DNA from: Mustelus asterias
Taxonomy: Eukaryota
Assembly: GCF_964213995.1 (NCBI RefSeq)
Contig: NC_135806.1
Span: 77,996,001 to 78,060,000, forward strand
Reading direction: 5' to 3'
DNA: 64,000 nt
Position numbers and translations under genes: made by a program. Of this stretch, positions 62,377 to 64,000 are shown piece after piece; position 1 is the stretch's first letter, and each line of letters begins with the position of its first letter. Below the pieces are notes generated by a model that ran no database searches, was not told the DNA's origin, and saw nothing but the letters and a program-made list of their open reading frames with translations.

Positions 62377-64000
62377 CCCGTGGTCCAAGCTCTGATCCTG
62401 ACAATACTACACTAGTTACGCCCTGCCAACATAAAAATTACCCTTTTACTCCTATTCTGCTCGCTGTCTTTCAACATACTCCTCAACCAATGCAAATATA
62501 TTATGCCTAATCCTATGAATTCATAATGACTATTAGATCAAACCCACTGATTTTTGTACTATTAGCTCATCTATTTTATTTTGAATGCTTTGCGTGTTAA
62601 GATACATTGTAATGCCTTTCACTTCAACGTTTTTCTCTCCTTCAGCTTGGATGTTAATGCTTCATTACTTTTATTAAGGTCTCTGACCCTCCTTCTCCCA
62701 TTCTGCTTATTTTCACCTAAACCACTAAAAATCTCTACAGCCTTGAAATTTCTCTTGCTGTTTTTGAATTCACCCTTTGCTGAATCATCTTCCTCTCTCC
62801 CGCCTCCCGCCACCGCCCCCTCCACCCCCCCACCAATTTCCTTCATTAGTTTAAACCCTTATCTACTACAGTGATCATTCAATTCACTAGGATATAGGCC
62901 CCAGCCCTGATTTCGTGGAGCATGTCCCATGGGAACAGTTCTCTATTTCCCAAGTAGTAGTGCCAATGCGCAATAAATCAAAACTCCTATATCCCATACT
63001 ATTTCAGTCATTTTAACCTTCTATTCCTATTTCTGTCTTTTGTCAATGGGTCTTAGGTGAAAGACAACAAGTGGATCTTGCTCAAGTGGATCAATTTCTT
63101 CACCAGCCACAAGGAGAGGTCCTTAATCCTAGCAGGGTAACCTTCAGAACTTTTGGTCATGGCGAGGGACTCCCCAGAAAGCCACTAGCAAACCCAACAG
63201 GGTTACTGATTGAAGACAACCCCAAATATACACAATCACAACCATGAGGACACACACGCACACACACATGCATCATAAAAGTAGCATGTGTTTATGTTTT
63301 ATGATTTCAAGCGTTTTTACTGCACATGCTTTTCCTCAGGCTGAAGAATTGAAACAGTGCAAGTCTGTAATCCTTTTAGTGCACTGAAAAAAAAATCTGG
63401 TAGTTTAGTAGAATTAATTTGTTGTTGCTTTAATGTCCACAGTATCCGATTTCTCTTATTTTACTCCAGTAAAAGTGCAATGTAGGATACTGAGTACGTG
63501 CCTTTTCGGATAGAATGTGCAAGGGCAACTCTTCACCTATATGTGGCTTAAGAGCAGCTTAGGCAGTGTCTTTTCTCCTTGATAGCATAGATGTGTGTGT
63601 CTGTCTGACCAGAATATGCCTTATTAAAGTTCCCATCAGAAATCTTGGGTGGAATTCTCCCAGCTGGGACTAAGTCCTGCAGCAGGGGTAGGACAGTTTC
63701 CCACTGCGGAGGCCAATGGAAAACAATGTCATATCTTCTATATCTGGCATAATTAATTATGCATCTAAGGTTTTTGCGCTGTCTTGCGTGGTGGGGCAGG
63801 CTTGATGGTGCATGAACCACTGTCAGACCTGGGTGCCATATTGAAAAGACACACAACTTCACTGACCCAGCATTGAAGAAGATTGACCTCCTGAAGAAAG
63901 AAGGTGGACCTAATCAAAGACATTGAAGTTGGAGGACCACCTAATAGATGCTTCCCGCACCCACTGTTGTGGTGTCCCAGGGTTGTTGGCGGCCTCCATT

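Noticed and set aside
57803-64000. SNCAIP non-coding first exon or promoter
   Set aside because: The GC-rich patches here are MITEs and SINEs. No supportable promoter was seen.
1-64000. CRISPR arrays, operons or prokaryotic defence/retron systems suggested by RT next to structured RNA
   Set aside because: This is vertebrate intronic DNA with no regularly spaced repeats. The RTs are CR1 and Penelope types, and their adjacency to hairpins is explained by nested insertion.

Overview
Eukaryotic, repeat-dense DNA from a cartilaginous fish, probably a shark, judged from HE1/V-SINEs and shark-type CR1 LINEs. The window covers the 5' part of a synphilin-1 gene (SNCAIP) on the minus strand. Five coding exons were read by hand with GT-AG boundaries and consistent phases: 57697-57753, 47884-47956, 36430-37307, 10029-10208 and 6228-6341. 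The gene continues past position 1, and no non-coding first exon was found. The introns hold nested retroelements: CR1 LINEs (one near full-length with a Zn-finger/esterase ORF1, one young copy with an uninterrupted 642-aa RT ORF), two 3'-tail variants of V-SINE, a Penelope-like element (RT plus GIY-YIG), and PIF/Harbinger-like relics and MITEs. Most notable are (1) TSD-flanked fold-back Penelope derivatives, with stems up to ~280 bp and a minimal hammerhead-ribozyme motif on each arm, and (2) an SNCAIP +1 frame matching the human synphilin-1A frame that is open for 27 codons but closed by a TAG at the exon end. Also notable are (3) an overlapping uORF and (4) two CR1 copies that share the same disabling lesions. 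All calls are by eye, no searches were run, and family names and human comparisons come from recall.
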